A DNA stretch of 64,000 nucleotides from Camelus dromedarius (taxonomy: Eukaryota). The stretch is taken from the NCBI RefSeq assembly GCF_036321535.1, contig NC_087447.1, forward strand, positions 50,470,001-50,534,000. The letters are read 5' to 3'. Shown piece by piece: positions 49,100 through 63,569 of this stretch. Numbering within the stretch: position 1 is the stretch's first letter; each line of letters opens with the position of its first letter. The notes under the pieces were generated by a model that was not told the origin of the DNA, searched no databases, and saw only the letters and a program-made list of their open reading frames with translations. The position numbers were made by a program, and so were the translations under genes.

Positions 49100-51389
49100 C
49101 CATATTGCTACACAGTGTGTCCAGTTAAGATATCCCAAATGGCAGCTTCACGTGGCATCACCTTCTGATTAAGTTTGTGATAATCTGTTATTCTCCAAAA
49201 CCCATCTGTCTTTTGCATCAGTCAAAATGCAAGTTAAATGCCAGTGTGATAGGAATTAATGTCCCTACATCTCCGAATTCTTTAATGTTGGCACTAATTT
49301 CTGCAATTCCTTGAGGGCTATGGTATTACTTTTGGTTTTCGCTCAGTGTAAGGGAAAGCTGGGTGGGGAGCAGTTTCAGGACCCTTTCTCCCTCCATACA
49401 ACCCTCAATCCGCAGGCCAGGGAACCAATGTGGAGATACCACTAGTTGCTGAGTAAGTCTACTCCCATCATTTATTTTGGAACTGGGGATGTAGCCACAG
49501 GATGGACTGTGGTCTCACTGACCTTCCATGAGAAGGTCTCAGGCCGAGACAGCATATAGTACCTGATCATCCTCATCTTTGAAGAACTCTCAGGGCATTT
49601 GGGTTCTATCGGTGATAGTTAGAACCAGTATCTAGTAACCTCCTGAATGATCTGGGTATTTTCCTATCCCCAGAGAACAGTAGCCCTGATCAGTGGCCAC
49701 AGGACCCCTTGGAGGAAGATTCATGACATATACCTTCCTCAAGGGGACCCATAATGCCACTCAATCAAGGACTCTGAGCCCACGAACTGCTGAATTTGGG
49801 ACCTGGATAAGAGGCAACCCATCCACACAATGATGACTCATGAGTTTCTACCTGACAGACCTAGAATTTTTCTTTCTATACGTGTCTAGCAGCAACTTGG
49901 AAGGTTTCCATGTATTTTTCCTCTAGGGACCCTGTGATTAATTAGCATTCTCCACAGATCCCTAAAACACTCCAATAACCAATAGTGTCTCCATATCTGT
50001 GACTTACTATGGTGATTGTGCCCACCTTGTTTCTGATGGTGAAGTGCTGCTATCTATCTGGCCTCGCATTCTCCACACTGAGATCAGGGAAATTTCATAC
50101 AACTCCCACCATGGCCATCCGTGGCCTGCAGAGGACAGCCACCACAGAGTTCTTCAAGGATGGTGAGCACCCCCTCCTACCCCGTGAATGCATTCCTTAA
50201 CACTTGAGTGAAGGGAGTGTCCTCTGGCTTCTTGGGGCGGGGATGAGCAGTTTGCATATAATAGATCCACTCCAATGTTTCCACTTTCCTGAGCCTTCAG
50301 ACTTTCCTACACGGTATTCCAAGGAAGTTCTGGCATTTCAACCTCATTCAGTGAGGTCATCACTGCATCCAAGCTTCAATTAGTCAATTTAGCAGACAAT
50401 TAAAACCACTCCTGGGTGATCAAGTCAAACTATTAAATCCCAAAACCTAGACAGAGGCACCCATGTCAGTGAATTTGGCCCAGTCAAGTCTTATAATTCT
50501 TCCCCTTGTTCTAACACCCATGAATCCACTCCCACAGGGTCCTGCTGACCAAGTCTTTTAAGTATTTCACTGTCCAGGCTATCTTCTCAAGGTGTAGGCT
50601 TTGCACTTCTCCTCCAGGCTATGTAGGACCGTGCACTGGTCATTGGCTTGGTGGCAATGAGGGTGATGAGAAGCACTGAGGAGCATACGTATTAGCTTGG
50701 AGAATGACTGCTCCCAGGGCCACCACTGAAAGGCTTTTGTGCAGAGGAGGAGGGGTGCTTAGGTAGACAGGCTGCCTCTGCTGGCAAAGGAGGTGTAGGG
50801 GGATTTGCAGACCAAAATTCTCAGCCCCATCCATGTCTCCCTAAATGATTCCACCTCATGTCTTGAGGTCCCAGTCCTTTCCTATTAGTGCCCCTCCTTA
50901 AATATAAGAGATCTGGGGTGCGGGTGCTACAACACTGCAACCTTTACCATCAGACCCTGGGTTTGGTCCTTGCTTATACCTTCCCATATCCACAGGGCCT
51001 GAGGGACTCCAAGCTCTCATGGACACCTTCTGTTGTTCACACATGTTCTCAATTTTATGGTCATTATTTTTAATTTATTTCCTATATGTATGTGCTCTCT
51101 TGGGCTGTAGGAAGAAGCCAGGTGCCTCCACTGTCTCTGTAACCAGTACTGATGCCACAGGATGAAGCGCTACACTCACTTGATCTGCCGAGGCCTGGCC
51201 TTCAGCCTGCACTGCATCCTGTGGTATTACTCATGGTCATTTCAGTAACTGTGATACTACCAGGTGCCATGAAGTTCTTGCATCCTGGTTCCCCAGTAGG
51301 AAATTATCCCCATGGAGCTCAAATACAGAACCAACCCAATTCCGGAATCCTGTTTGGAAGATCTCTTTCTTAAGGCCACTCCTGGTACT
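49100..51389 (-). mobile_element. Degenerate ERVL internal (gag-region) fragment
   Basis: Begins with a Leu-tRNA-like PBS (minus strand tagtaccaggagtgg) next to the LTR; decayed ERVL-like internal sequence with no open frame. Confidence 0.6.
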
Positions 51390-51846
51390 AGATGGAGTCC
51401 CAGGAGGAAACTGAGGACAGACTCAAATTATGGTAATTCTAGGAAGGCTTGTTTACAAAAGCATATTATAAAGGTGGGAGCAGGAGTATCTAAAAAATAG
51501 TGCAGTAACTCGAGACTAGTGGTAGCAGAACTATGGCCTCCCCAGGCCCAAAAGGATGAGAGGAGAGAGTTTTCTGGGGCCCAGAAGACAGCTGGCTGCC
51601 TCAAAAGGTGAAAGGACACATCTAGACTATGGTGCCCCCCGCAGGGAAGAATCCAGGGAGGTAGAACCCAATCCCGTGTCTTCTACCCGACGGGCTGCTG
51701 CTAGGGCTTCTCATTAGCCAAACCTGACCAGAACCAGGGGCAAGAGAGCCAGTGATGTTGTCCATAGATGTCAGCCTCTGGGGGCCCAGAAGGGGTGGGA
51801 AAGGTGGAGCGTGGATCTGGGTGAGCGAACGGAAGACATTGGCACA
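51390..51846 (-). mobile_element. ERVL LTR (LTR33-like)
   Basis: cattagccaaacctgaccagaaccaggggcaagagagcc...gtggatctgg...cggaagacattggcaca matches the LTR33-type end (recalled). Confidence 0.7.
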
Positions 51847-54800
51847 GCCACTTTACCCTGGGAGAGTCGGGGGGGGGGGGCAGGAAGTCCATCTCAGCCC
51901 TGCAGGAAAGGAAGTTTCCCGGGAGTGGCTCTCAGGAGGGCACCAAAGGAGAAGGAAGTGACACAAGCAAATGTGCAGAGACCAGGCTGAGGAGTGCCAG
52001 GTACATCCAGATGTTGGCTGTGTGCCTGGAGGAAGGTCGGGGTCAACACGCACAGCTGACAGGCAGGCCTGGGCCCAAATCTTGATTCATCTGAAAGACA
52101 CCCTATTTCTGAAGTCTTTCCATCTCCCTGGCTTGTCACCTCTGGCATTGGGCACCCAGAGATCTCAGGAGACTCTATCCACAGTGGTCCACCCAGGGCT
52201 GATACCCTCGGCCAAGGCCCCACACAGTCTACCCTGCCAACCACCCGATATCCACAGCCTTTCAGGTGCTGCTCTCACTAGGGCTTATCTGACAAACTAA
52301 TCCTTTATCCAATTTGTCCAGCCCTGCAGTTAGACATGATTACCATGTCTTCTCATTTCTTTCTCTGCATCGCTGAGGCCTGTGCGAGGCAGAAGTGCAG
52401 AGCAGGAACCCCAGTGAATGAGGGTGATGCCGCCAGATGTCTGTGAAACTGGGTTGGACAGATGAGTGGGTGGGTGAATGGACGGATGAAAGATGAATGG
52501 ATGGATGGATGGATGAGTGGATGGATGGATAGATGAAAAAGTAAATGTCCTAATGAAAAAGACATTAATTTACCAGTGTGGACTCAGGCTGGTCTTTTAG
52601 TTTTTATCCAGGAGAGGGCACCAAGGCTCCAATACTTGGCGTAGACTAGAGCTTCCTGGCAGTAAAAAGCCTCTTGCAGGAAGGCATTGTAGCCAGCCCT
52701 GATCCTCGCCCGTAGCTTGTTAGCAGCTCTAGTGGGTGAAAGAACGAGACCAGAAGACCAGGTCAGAGTCTGTGGGGTGCAGGGCAAGGCGAAAAGAGCA
52801 CAGGCTTAGAGACAGACCTGGTACATTCCTCCAGTAATAGGGGGCCTCAGGAGAGCACTTCGCACACCAGATCCCAGTTCTCTTTTGTAAAATGGGGAAA
52901 TAAGTGTACCTTTTAGGTTTGTCGTGAGGATGAAATGAGATCCACACTGGAGAGTGCTCAGTATGCTGGAGGTCCTCAACACTTAAAAGTGCAATATTCA
53001 TGGCTCAGAGAGGTTGTATGACTTACCTGAAGTCACTCAGCAAGTACAAACTGGGAAGTAAAGATGGTCTCCAAGGACCGTAATGAGATTTCTATGCAAA
53101 TACAGAAAGTTCTGTTAGGATCAAAGTGGTTCTGGGGAATAGAGACAGTTCTAGGTAAATGTGGAAGTTTTGGGGGCAGAAGCTGCTCTGAGGCTGGGGA
53201 AGATTCTTAGAGACAAGCGTTGAGTAAAGTGAATTCATCCTGCCACCCGGGGTGGATACCAAATACCCACTTAACAGGCTGCCCAGGGTTCTCCAGGGGC
53301 ACCTCCCTGATGTGGGAAATGAACATTTTCATGTGGGACTCAGACTTGCACCCCCTCGGGCGGCTAGGTGTAAATTTGCCATCTGTTTCAGAAGGCTGAG
53401 TTCTTCCTTTGGCATTTATTTTATGTGTTGCTGTCACTCCTGATCCCTGCCAGGGATTTATCGCAGGGACCAAGCCTGCTTGAATTGCCTTGGAATGAGC
53501 TTGTCGACTGGTGGTGACCTGCAGAAAAGCCAAGACCTTAAAAAAAAAATGAACAGAAAATCAGTGTTGTGTTTCCCTGGAGCAAATGGAGGGTCCTGCC
53601 CAGAACATAAAGCAGCAAGTGGGCTTTGGATCATAAACTAGTGACCAGGCTGAGGAATCTGGCCCATGCTGCAGTGCTTCTGTTTCAGAAAGTGGCTTGC
53701 ACAGGGCAAGGCCTCCTTGAGACTGGGAGAGCACCCAAAGGGGAAGTGGAAATGCTTTGTTTGCTCTTTTCCTTCTCATAAGGCAGCGTCTAGAATCTGC
53801 TGAGGTGCTGCAGGCCCATGTAGACTTGAGCAGGACCATACCCACCCTGGTCTAAATCTATTTCTGCAGCCCCCAAAGCTGCTCTGTCAGGGTGACCGAC
53901 AGTCTCTGGTGCCTGAGGGTCTGCCTCTCCCACCAGCAGCACGTGGCCCAGCTCCCTGTCCTGCTTGGACAGGAACTTTGCATTCATTCTTGATAAAGCT
54001 CCTCCCATTCCTGAGTCCAGCTTGTTGGGATTCACCCCTTCATCCAACTGTGACTTCAACATTTTCTGAGCCCCTACTCTACGCCCAGCTCTGTCCTTGG
54101 TACCGGGGAGACTGGTCTGCTAAGCCAGAGCCCCTGCTGTAACCTAGTAGGGGAGGCAGAGGATTCAACCTAGTGGAGGGTAGAGGCACAAGGGAGGTGG
54201 GAACAAGTCTCTTTGGAAAGGATCCTGTGGCCCCGTGAATCTCGGCCCTTCCCCTCCTCATGTGTGTGCAGGCTGACCCCAATCTCCAGCAAAATGATTG
54301 AGCAGGACAGAAGTAACAGAGGGCAGTCAGGCAGGGACCAGTCAACTGACAAAGAGCCAGCAGCAAATAGCAAGGAGTGGATGGGAGAATCCAACAAACC
54401 ATGAGCAGCAACATAATGAGAAAGTGAGCCACACTTGTCAGACGGGCCCTGCCAGCACCCCGGAGAATATGAGGCTGAGAGTTTGCAGCCTGAAGTGCTG
54501 TCAGATTCTTCTCCATGGTCCCAGTACCCCAGATAGGGCCAGCCTGGCACAGTGTCTACAAAGTGATCTGAGTTCCAGGGCCAGGCTGAGTGCACAGGGC
54601 CAAGACCAGGGCGTGGAGGCCTGGGGAGCCCAGTCTGACTCCATGCTGAGGGGCCCTGGCAGTGAGTTAGGGGAGGAGGCAGCTCCTCCCTGTGCGGGCA
54701 GACCCCCAGCGGCACCTCCAAAGAGGCGGCCTGCCACTTCGCTCTCTGATATCTGAGGCCCCCTTTGAGGCCGTTTTACTTCCTTTAAGACTGTATACCC

Positions 54801-57244
54801 ATGTTGCCTGCCCCCAGCCTCACTCCCTCGCCCCCAACATGCAGATCCTGAGCCTTTGGTCAGAAATCTGACTCTAACGTGGCACCTGCTGGGATATCGG
54901 ATCTGACAGCCTATATTGCTCTCATGCCTGTTCCAGGACTAGAACAGCTGTCAGTGGTCTGCTTCAGCAGGATCTCTCAGCTGCTCCTCCCACTGTCAGA
55001 TTTTCATCGCTGGGTTGTCGCAGTGGGTAGAGGACACAGTAGGCAGGTCAGACTCATGCTGGGCTGAAAATTCTGCCTCTGATTGGCCTGTGATCTTGGG
55101 AGTCTAAGTCTCCTCCACCTGGGAAGTGGAGGGCAATGGTGCCTGCCTTCCAAGGTCACTGTGAGGCTTGTGTGGGGTGACAGGTGCGCCTGGCACAGGT
55201 AGGGAGGTGCCCGGCAAATGTCTGTTAGATATGGATTCTGGAAAGCATGGGGCCGACTGCAAGGTGCAGAACCTGTGGGTCTGATAAGACAGAGCCAGAT
55301 CGTAACCCACGGTGGTCAGCATTCTCTCTCCGCACTGAGCCTTCATCTGTGTCTTACGTGGAGAACATTCCAAAGGCTGAAAGTTTGCAATTAAGGCTAC
55401 AGTAGACTCCAAAGAGAGGAATACTCTTTTTGGCAAACCTGAATGCCAGCAGCTGTTCCTGATGAGAGATGACTGCCGGCGCTTGTGCCCGAGCTGTGTG
55501 TGTGTGAGTGTGTGTGCATACCACGTGCAGTCATGTGATGTAACTGCTTGTGCAGCTGATGGCCACTGTCCGGGTTTGGGCTATGGCAGGATAGGACACC
55601 CCATCTAAATGCTGTCTCTGACTTTTGGAGCCTTCTCTGAGACAGAGGCAGCCAGCTGGGCCCATCATACTTGCTGGAGCCAGCCTCACAGCTGCTGCTT
55701 CCATTACAGGGAGGAGCCTGGCTCTGGGAGGTGCTGCGTGGCACTGGCTCTGAGCTCCCAGCCCAGGCCAGGGCATGAATGGGAAAGGAGCCTCTGGGCA
55801 GGGATAGAGAGGGGGTGTGGACCCAGAAACACGAGTCCAAGAATAAGCTGAGAAAGCAGTGTTGGGCAGGGAGTTACGGAGCAGTGATCAAGTGGTAATA
55901 GGGTAAGAAAAAGAAACAATTCAGAACAGAGTTGTCATAGATGGAGAAGAGGTAGAAAGCCAGAGAGAAGGGCAGAGAGGGACAGAGACTACAGAGTCAG
56001 AAGCAATAGAAACAGAGAGGGAGAGAGGGAGAAAGAGATTCAAGAAAGAAAAATTAAGACAGGGAGTAGATGTTCAGAGAGGGTCTTAAAGTCATAGCAA
56101 GAGGAAGGAGGGAAACTTCAAGAGACTCAGAGGCAGACAGGGAAATAGAATAAGTAGACAAGGAGCAAAAGGAGAGGTGGCAAATAAAAGGCCGTGTGCC
56201 AGAGCCGGGAGGAGGAGAGGGCAGAGCCACATTCAACCCTGTCCCTATTTTCCAGATGAGAAAACTGAGGTCCAGCAAATCGGGGGCAGAGTCAGGCTTA
56301 GATTACAGATAACACATCTAGTGAATGGAGAAAGAAACCTGGAGAAAAGATGTGAGCCCAACAGAAAGCCCCAGAGGGGAGAAGAGCAGGAAAAGAAGGG
56401 ATGGGGAGGGCGTGGGTCTGGCCCACAGGCAGGGCTGCTGTGGCAGGGAGACCCCAGGCACCCTGACCACTGAACACCTGGCCTCCCCCTAAGCCAGGGG
56501 GCTTACAGTGGCCCACAGACCCCAGGTCCTCCTGTCTGATCCAGGTCCCAGCTTCAGGCAGAAAAACTTGGGGTGTGATGTGGGCTGAACAAATACTAAC
56601 ATGGTGATTTCCATTTCACACATTCTTATCTAGCCCAGTAATCCGGCTTCTCAGATCTCTTCTGATTAAAACCAGTAAATCAGAAGAAAGCACCATGGAG
56701 GTGGGCACATCACCAGGCCTAAGAAATGTCAGCTAGCAACCAAGAAGGAGATGGAATAATCATGAACAACAGATACTGGAAGTCACCACGTTTCTCAGTC
56801 TGGGATCCGGCAGAACAGGGGCATCAGAGTCGTACCGTAAGTGTGCTGAACGATGATTCATCGTTCTCAAGAAGGCGTAGCCACCCTTAGTGAACGCCGC
56901 TTACAAAAGTGCAGGAGTGTAACATGCGTTTTAGAAAAAGGGCCTCAAATCAGGAGTCCAGCAATGTATTCTGAGGGTATAAGAATTCTATGAGCATTTT
57001 TAGTGTGTTTTCCTTATTGGACATTATTTTTAAAATTCTCTTCCCAGTTATGAAAACAAATGGTTTCCTTTTCAGTGGCAATTCAGAATTAAAGGAGATC
57101 TTCATAGAATAAGATTTGAATTTCCTGATCAGTGTTACTCAAGAAAGACTGAGTACTGAGTTGGTCAGTTCAACAAATGTTGACTTTACTTCCCCTTTTC
57201 CAGGTCCTGGGCACACATGGGGCTGGCCTGGCACGGTGTATCAG

Positions 57245-58500
57245 GGCACAGAAATCGTTAGGAAGGTATCCACATGAAGGAGGGGATAGTGCCTATGATG
57301 GGAGATTGGTTACATATGATCAAATAAGTAAATATATTCAGTGTAATGGGAGCCAGTTTTCTTACAGTTAGAGGGAGTCACAAATATGGAAAGAGAAAAA
57401 CAGAATTAGCTGTGTGGTCTTGGAGTGGAATTAGAGGTAGTGGGATGAACTCATGGTTTCCCAGATAGATACACTTTCTAGCTCTCTCCACTGAGAGGAC
57501 CTGGGAGCAGCAATATCCCAACAGTAGTGAGTACCCTTAACACTTAGATCTTGGCTTCTAAAAGGAGCCAAGGCTCTTGTAGAAAAGGCTTATTCCAAGT
57601 CTGGGGCAAGGAAAGAACAGTATAAGCCTGGAACAGCTTGTTGTTCTGGAAAGTAAGGAAGTGCTCAAAGAATGATGCAGATACATCAGAAATATACAGA
57701 GGTCACTGTCAAATCTGGAATACTCTGTGCATCAAAATACGTAATGAGAATAACAGATTATAACCCACCAAATAAAATAAGAAACCAGAAGTCCAAACTG
57801 TCAGGGACGGAGGGGAGGAAAGAGGAGGGATGGGAGAATTTGATGAGGAGTCGGATATTGATATAGTTTCAAAATATTTTCCCACAAAATATGTATTCAT
57901 TACAAATAGAATAGGAATCATTTTCTGCAGTAATTTTCCTGTGGAGAAGTTTGGCAAGCACCACCAGAGTGCTCAAAGTGAATATCACCAGTAACGGAAC
58001 AAATTGAAATCAGGAGCCACCTGATAGGACACGCAGAGAAGAACACAGCGTCACTTCCGTGATATCCCTGCCCCAGATTCAAAACCCGAATCCAATCATG
58101 AGGGAGCATCAGACAAACTGCAGTTGAAGGGCGTGTTACAGAATAACTGTCCTGGAACCTCCAAAAGTATCAGGATCACGAGTCAAGGAAGGGCTGAGGA
58201 CATGAGTCCAAGTCTGAAGGAGACTCAGAGGCACAGCCTAGCACGAGATTTTGAACTGGAACCTTTGGTTATAAAAGATATTTCTGGAACAACTGGAGAA
58301 ACATGATTCGAGCCAGAAGGAGTTATTATTATTATTATAGTAATGTATACATGTTCATTTCTTGATTTTGATGGTGCTACTGTGGTTATGCAGGAAAACA
58401 TCCTTGTTTGTAGGAAACACTAAAATATTCATTCAAGACAAAATAATTGCACGTATTTGCAATTTTTCTGTAAATGTGAAATTGTTTAAAATTTTTTTTA
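57245..58500 (+). mobile_element. Old L1 (L1MC/L1MD-type) 3' region
   Basis: caaagtgaatatcaccagtaacgg...tccaatcatgagggagcatcagacaaac...cttgattttgatggtgctactgtggttatg. Confidence 0.75.
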
Positions 58501-59009
58501 ATTATCCCACAGTGAAAATTCTCAAGTAAAGAGTTTCTCATACAAATAATGCCAAACCTTCAAGGAATGAAAAACCCTGAATCCATACAACTCTTCTGTA
58601 CCAAAATCAAAGTCTGTGCAGTAAAGGAAAATTGTAAACTTATAGAACATATGAGTGTGTAAAAATCCCAAATTGTAATATACAACCTAGGACTAGGGCA
58701 CCAGACACCAAGAGGCTTGCTTGAGAGGCAACTGGCCGGCCCCCTGCCTCTGCCTGGCGGGTCCTCCACCCCCTGTGCTGCAGGAGCACAATCTTGGATC
58801 CAGAGGGCAGCCCCTTGAGAGGTGGCAGAGCCTGGGACATTCAGGACTTCCTGGAGCATAGTTGCCAAACTACCCCTGAATTGCCCCCTCCAGATTGGTA
58901 TATGAGAAAGACGTGAACTCCTCTTGGGTTTAAGATGCCATTATTTGAGGGGAAAAAAAAGATGCTATTACTTGGGGATTTCTGCCATTCACAGCCGAAT
59001 CTTAACTAA

Positions 59010-60340
59010 TATTGAACAATAGCAGATTAAATGAGAAAAGCTGTATTTTTATCTAGTAGATGAAAAAATAATAATTTAATAAAATTCAATGTTCATTCAT
59101 AATTTAACAAAAAACTCTTAGCAAACTTGAAAGAAACAAAAACCTTCTAAACCTCATAAAGAATACCTACACAAACCCCACCCCTGCCGCCCAGCAGACA
59201 TCATATTCAATAGAGAGTTGTTTTTTAAAAAATCCTTTTTAAAATTAGGAATAAGACAAGGATTCCTGTTGTCACAGCTTCTACTGACTTTGGTTCTGGA
59301 GCCCTTCGTCAAGGCAATAAAATAAAGAGAAGACATGAGAAGTATAAAGATATGAAAGGAAAAAACAAAACTCTCATTGTTTACAGATGATATTATTGTC
59401 TATGTAGAATCTACAAACAATCCTCAAACAATTAAAATGACAGAGGTTAGCAAGATGGGTAATATAAGATAAATACATTAAAAGCAGCTGCATTTTTATA
59501 TACTGGCAACATAAAATTCAAAAATGTAGTATTTTTTAAAAGATGCATTTACAATAGAAACAAAAATTTATGTATCTTGAAATAAATTTAACAAATGGCA
59601 TGCAAGCTCTTTGGTGAAGAAATATTTTAAATTCTATTGAAAAACATTAGAGACTTTTAAAAAGTGGGGGATATTTAAGATTCATGGATTAAAAAATCAT
59701 CAGTTATCTCCACATTGACTTGTGGATTCCGTATCATTCTAATCAAATTTCAACAGATCTTTTGAAGAATTTTGCAAGTCAATTTTAATGTGTTTTTTCT
59801 AGTAGACAAGCAAAAAATCCAAGATCCTCCCAAAAAAGAAAAATCAGATGAGGGGCCTACCCAACCAGCTCTTGAGACTTATATCATAAGAAATTAAGAA
59901 AGTGTGGGTGTTGACACAGGTGGTAAACAGTTAGAGCCATGAAACAGAATAGAGACCCCAGAAATAGGTCCTTGCATACATAGAAAAATGATCTATGACA
60001 GCTGTGTTAGACGAAGAAAGAATTATTCACTGAATGATGCTGACACTTCTGGTTATCCTCCTGCAAAAAATGAAGTGTGATCTGCACCTCACACCATACA
60101 CAAAAATCAGTTCCAGATGGATTAAGAATCTAAATTCAAGAGCCAACTCTTCTGTTAATTTCTGGAGAACGTATAGGAACATTCCTTTATGAACTTAAGA
60201 TAGAGAAGGACTTTTTAAACAAGACATTAAGAAATGCAAACATAAAGGGAAAAGTGCAATAAATTTGACTGCTATAGAGTTTAGAACTTCTGTTCATCAA
60301 AAGATACCATAAAGAAATTGAAAACATGAGCTGCAAAGTG
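59010..60340 (+). mobile_element. Old L1 ORF2 fragment (L1M-type)
   Basis: A-rich decayed RT region: tttacagatgatattattgtctatgtagaa, aacagaatagagaccccagaaatag, ctcacaccatacacaaaaatcagttccagatggatta. Confidence 0.8.
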
Positions 60341-60342
60341 GG

Positions 60343-60545
60343 TGTGGCAAATTTTATTTTCCAAAGATGGCTGCAATAATATCTCCCATCTCACATGCTC
60401 TTTTAGAACCTTGCCACTCCCCATCAAGAAGCAGTCTACACCCTCTCCCCTTGGACCTGGCAGGTGCTTGTAACTGTTTTGACCAACAGGGTACAACCAA
60501 AGTGATGATATGTGACTTCCGGGTCTAGATCATAAAAATACCATA
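60343..60545 (+). mobile_element. MLT1 LTR 5' fragment
   Basis: tgtggcaaattttattttccaaagatggctgc...tgtgacttccgggtctagatcataaaa. Confidence 0.65.
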
Positions 60546-63235
60546 CACATTAACTTCCATGCCCTGCTTCTGGCCTTCTCCGCCGCTCCCTCCTTGCTCT
60601 TTGCAGGTGCCACAGAGCTGCGTCTTGTTCAGACCTTCGACCTTTGCTTTGCCACATCTGATACGCTAATATTTGCTTGGGCTTGGTTTCTCCAGCTGTC
60701 TAAGCCAAACCCTCCCCCAGGACCATCAGGCCCGGAGACCTGCCTTGGCCTTACCTGGGGCATATACTTTCACAGTCTCCAACCTGACAGGTGGAGAGAG
60801 GCACAGAAAACAGAAGTGAAATGCATATCCAACCTCCACTTGTGCTGAGGAGTGGGGGAGAGAGGGAAGGTCTGGAACAAGTGCATGTGAATACATTCAG
60901 AGTGGGGAGCCGTTTCCCCACCACTGCCTGGTGCTGTCTCCCAGAGTCATGCCCAGTAAGGGTGGGAAAAGGTTGGGACTTAGAGAGTTCAAGTCCTTAC
61001 TCTGCCCCTGATGTGCTGTGTGACTCTGGACATGTCACTTTGCCTCTCTGGGCCTCAGCTCCCTTAAGACCAAGGTTCCTGTGTTTATCATTTTCAAACA
61101 TATAATCGCAGGGGGCCTGACATATGGAGCAGGTACTCCATAAATGGAATTGGAGGAAAGCCCTGTTGCCCCACCCCCCACATTTTTCTACCCAGAAAAC
61201 TTCTACTCGTTCATCAAGACCCATCTCATATGTCACCCCTGCAGGAAGTCTTCTGTGATTCATCAAGCTACCTGGGGGTCTCCATGCTTCCCTCCATCAC
61301 AGTACCGAACTCTGTCTGCCATCTCAGCTACCCATGACTGGGAGCACTCGGAGAGCAGAAATCATGTTGGAACCACCTTCGTGTCCCAGGACCCAACTCA
61401 GGGCCTGGCACAAAGCAGGCACTAGGAAATAGCTGCTGAACTAATTATTTAATTAGCACATAATGAATCTTGTTCCTTTAAGAGGAGCCAGAGGGTTCTG
61501 CTTGGGCTGCCGGAATTCAGCACATTACCAACCAGACTGGGATCCGAGCCTTCGAGCTTCTTTAGGATTCCAGTGAGTGAGGCCAGTCACGGGGTGGTGG
61601 GGGAAAGTCACGGGCTTCCAGACAGCTGTTTTCTCAGCTGATCTCATGATACACATGACTCTGTCATGTATTCATTTATTTTCTAATATTGGCAATATTC
61701 TAATAGAGGCATACTTTTTTCTGGTAAGATCTACAGACATATATGCGGATATTAATGATCATCAATGCTGATTTAAATGACTTCATACTTTTATGCCTTA
61801 GTCAATCTGGCACAGGGTAAACTCTCAATTGTCTACATGTGGATTGTCCATGGCAAGTGTGGAGTCCCAGGTGGCTTTTCCTGGGTCTCCTGGGCCACCT
61901 CCCCAGCTCATCTGATGCTAAGGACTCAACCTTTCCAATTTAACCTAATCCAAAAAAAAAAAAATCTGATGTCCTGAGGCTTGCTCACACACTTCTGGCC
62001 TGTTCCAGTCCAGTCCGGCCCGGTCCAGCTCAGCTTGAACTGAACAGAGACACAAGGCAGCCATGAATCAAGCTGCAGGCCCTCAACGAGCCCCATTGTG
62101 AAAGCCAATCTGCCCTGTCAACCCCCGGCCTACATCCTCCTCTTCTTCATACAGTTTGGCCTGGGACACTGTTTCAGAAAGACCCTTGTGGCTGCGGAGT
62201 GGAGATGGGCAGGAGGACAGACCAAGGCAGGAGGCTCTGTGGGCCCATCTGCTCAGACTTCCTCCGTCATCTCTGCTCTGCTATCCGGAATCTCAGTAGG
62301 CTGCAAGGAAGTCAAGTGTCCTGGCCTCCCAGGCTCTGCTGAGAGGCAGGACACAAAGCAGGGCAGGGTCCAACTCTCTCCGTCTGCTCTCCATTAGAAT
62401 ATTCCTTGTCTAGTCTGGAATCTGAGTTGCTTGACTCTTCATCAATTCTTCCAAATATTTATACTCAAACCTCAAAAGTCAAATGTTTGCTTCCTTTATT
62501 ATCTGTTTTCCAATGGGGCGTGAAGGTTCGATCCTGCAGCCTGGGCAAGGGAAAGGGCATGGGGTTAAAGGAATCGAGGAGGGAAAAATAAACACTTACT
62601 AGCTCAAGTATATATGCATAAAATTTCTACTAAAATATATATTTACATATTTTATGTATTATATATTTTACGTATAAATGTATATATTTTATATATAATC
62701 CAAAAGAAATACTACAAAAAATGATTAAAAGTCACGTATATATTCTCCATGGTGCTTTAAATGTCCATTCCCCAAAATATCTAACATTAAGATGTATTAT
62801 TTTTGTAGTTGAGGAAAAATTGTTATTTTAAAGAAATTATTTAAAGGGCATAACATTTTTTAAAATCTTAAAGTAGGCGTGGAAAGAACCAAGTGCAGGA
62901 ATGGAGCTGCAAGTACCTAAAGATGGATGCGTTCGCTCTGGGCGGGGCACAAGCTTTGCTTTTGGCTTCCCCGCAGCCAGTGAGTGTGAGCTGTGCGACC
63001 CGGGTGCTCGAGAGTTTGAAACAGACCAACTGCTCAGAAGGACTGCTATTCTTAGGCCTGAAAGCAGACAGACATTTCTGCCAAGGATCTGTTAGACACA
63101 TATTCTTCATCTGCTTTTGAGCAGAGAGGAAACTGAAACTGAGTGGTAAAATGGCCCAGTGATGCAGCTACAAAGAGGCGGAGCTGGGATTTGAACCCAA
63201 AGAATAGCCCTGCAGAGAGATCCCTCTAAAACATG

Positions 63236-63545
63236 AGGCCTGGGTGAAGGTGGTCAAAAGGTACTAACCTCCAGTTATAGGATAAACACGTGCTGGGAGT
63301 GTAAAGTACCACATGGTGACTACAGTTAATAACACTGTGTTGCATATTTGAAAGATGCTAAGAGAATAGATCTTAAAAGTTCTCATCACAAAAAAAGAAT
63401 CTTTTCTGTAATCACATGTGGTGATGAATGTTAACTAAACTTACTGTGATAATCATTTTGCATATATGTACATATGTCAAATCATTATGTTGTACACTTA
63501 AAATTAATACTATGATCTATGTCAATTACATCTCAATAAAATAAA
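63236..63545 (+). mobile_element. L1 3' end (L1MA-type) with (AAATC)n tail
   Basis: gggtgaaggtggtcaaaaggtac...gatcttaaaagttctcatcac...tcaattacatctcaataaa. Confidence 0.8.
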
Positions 63546-63569
63546 TCAAATCAAATCAAATCAAATTAT

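Noticed and set aside
130..63120. Most six-frame ORFs of 60-220 aa
   Set aside because: Expected by chance in GC-rich mammalian DNA; many start at non-ATG codons, overlap repeats or are antisense shadows of exons, and I recognise no domains in them.
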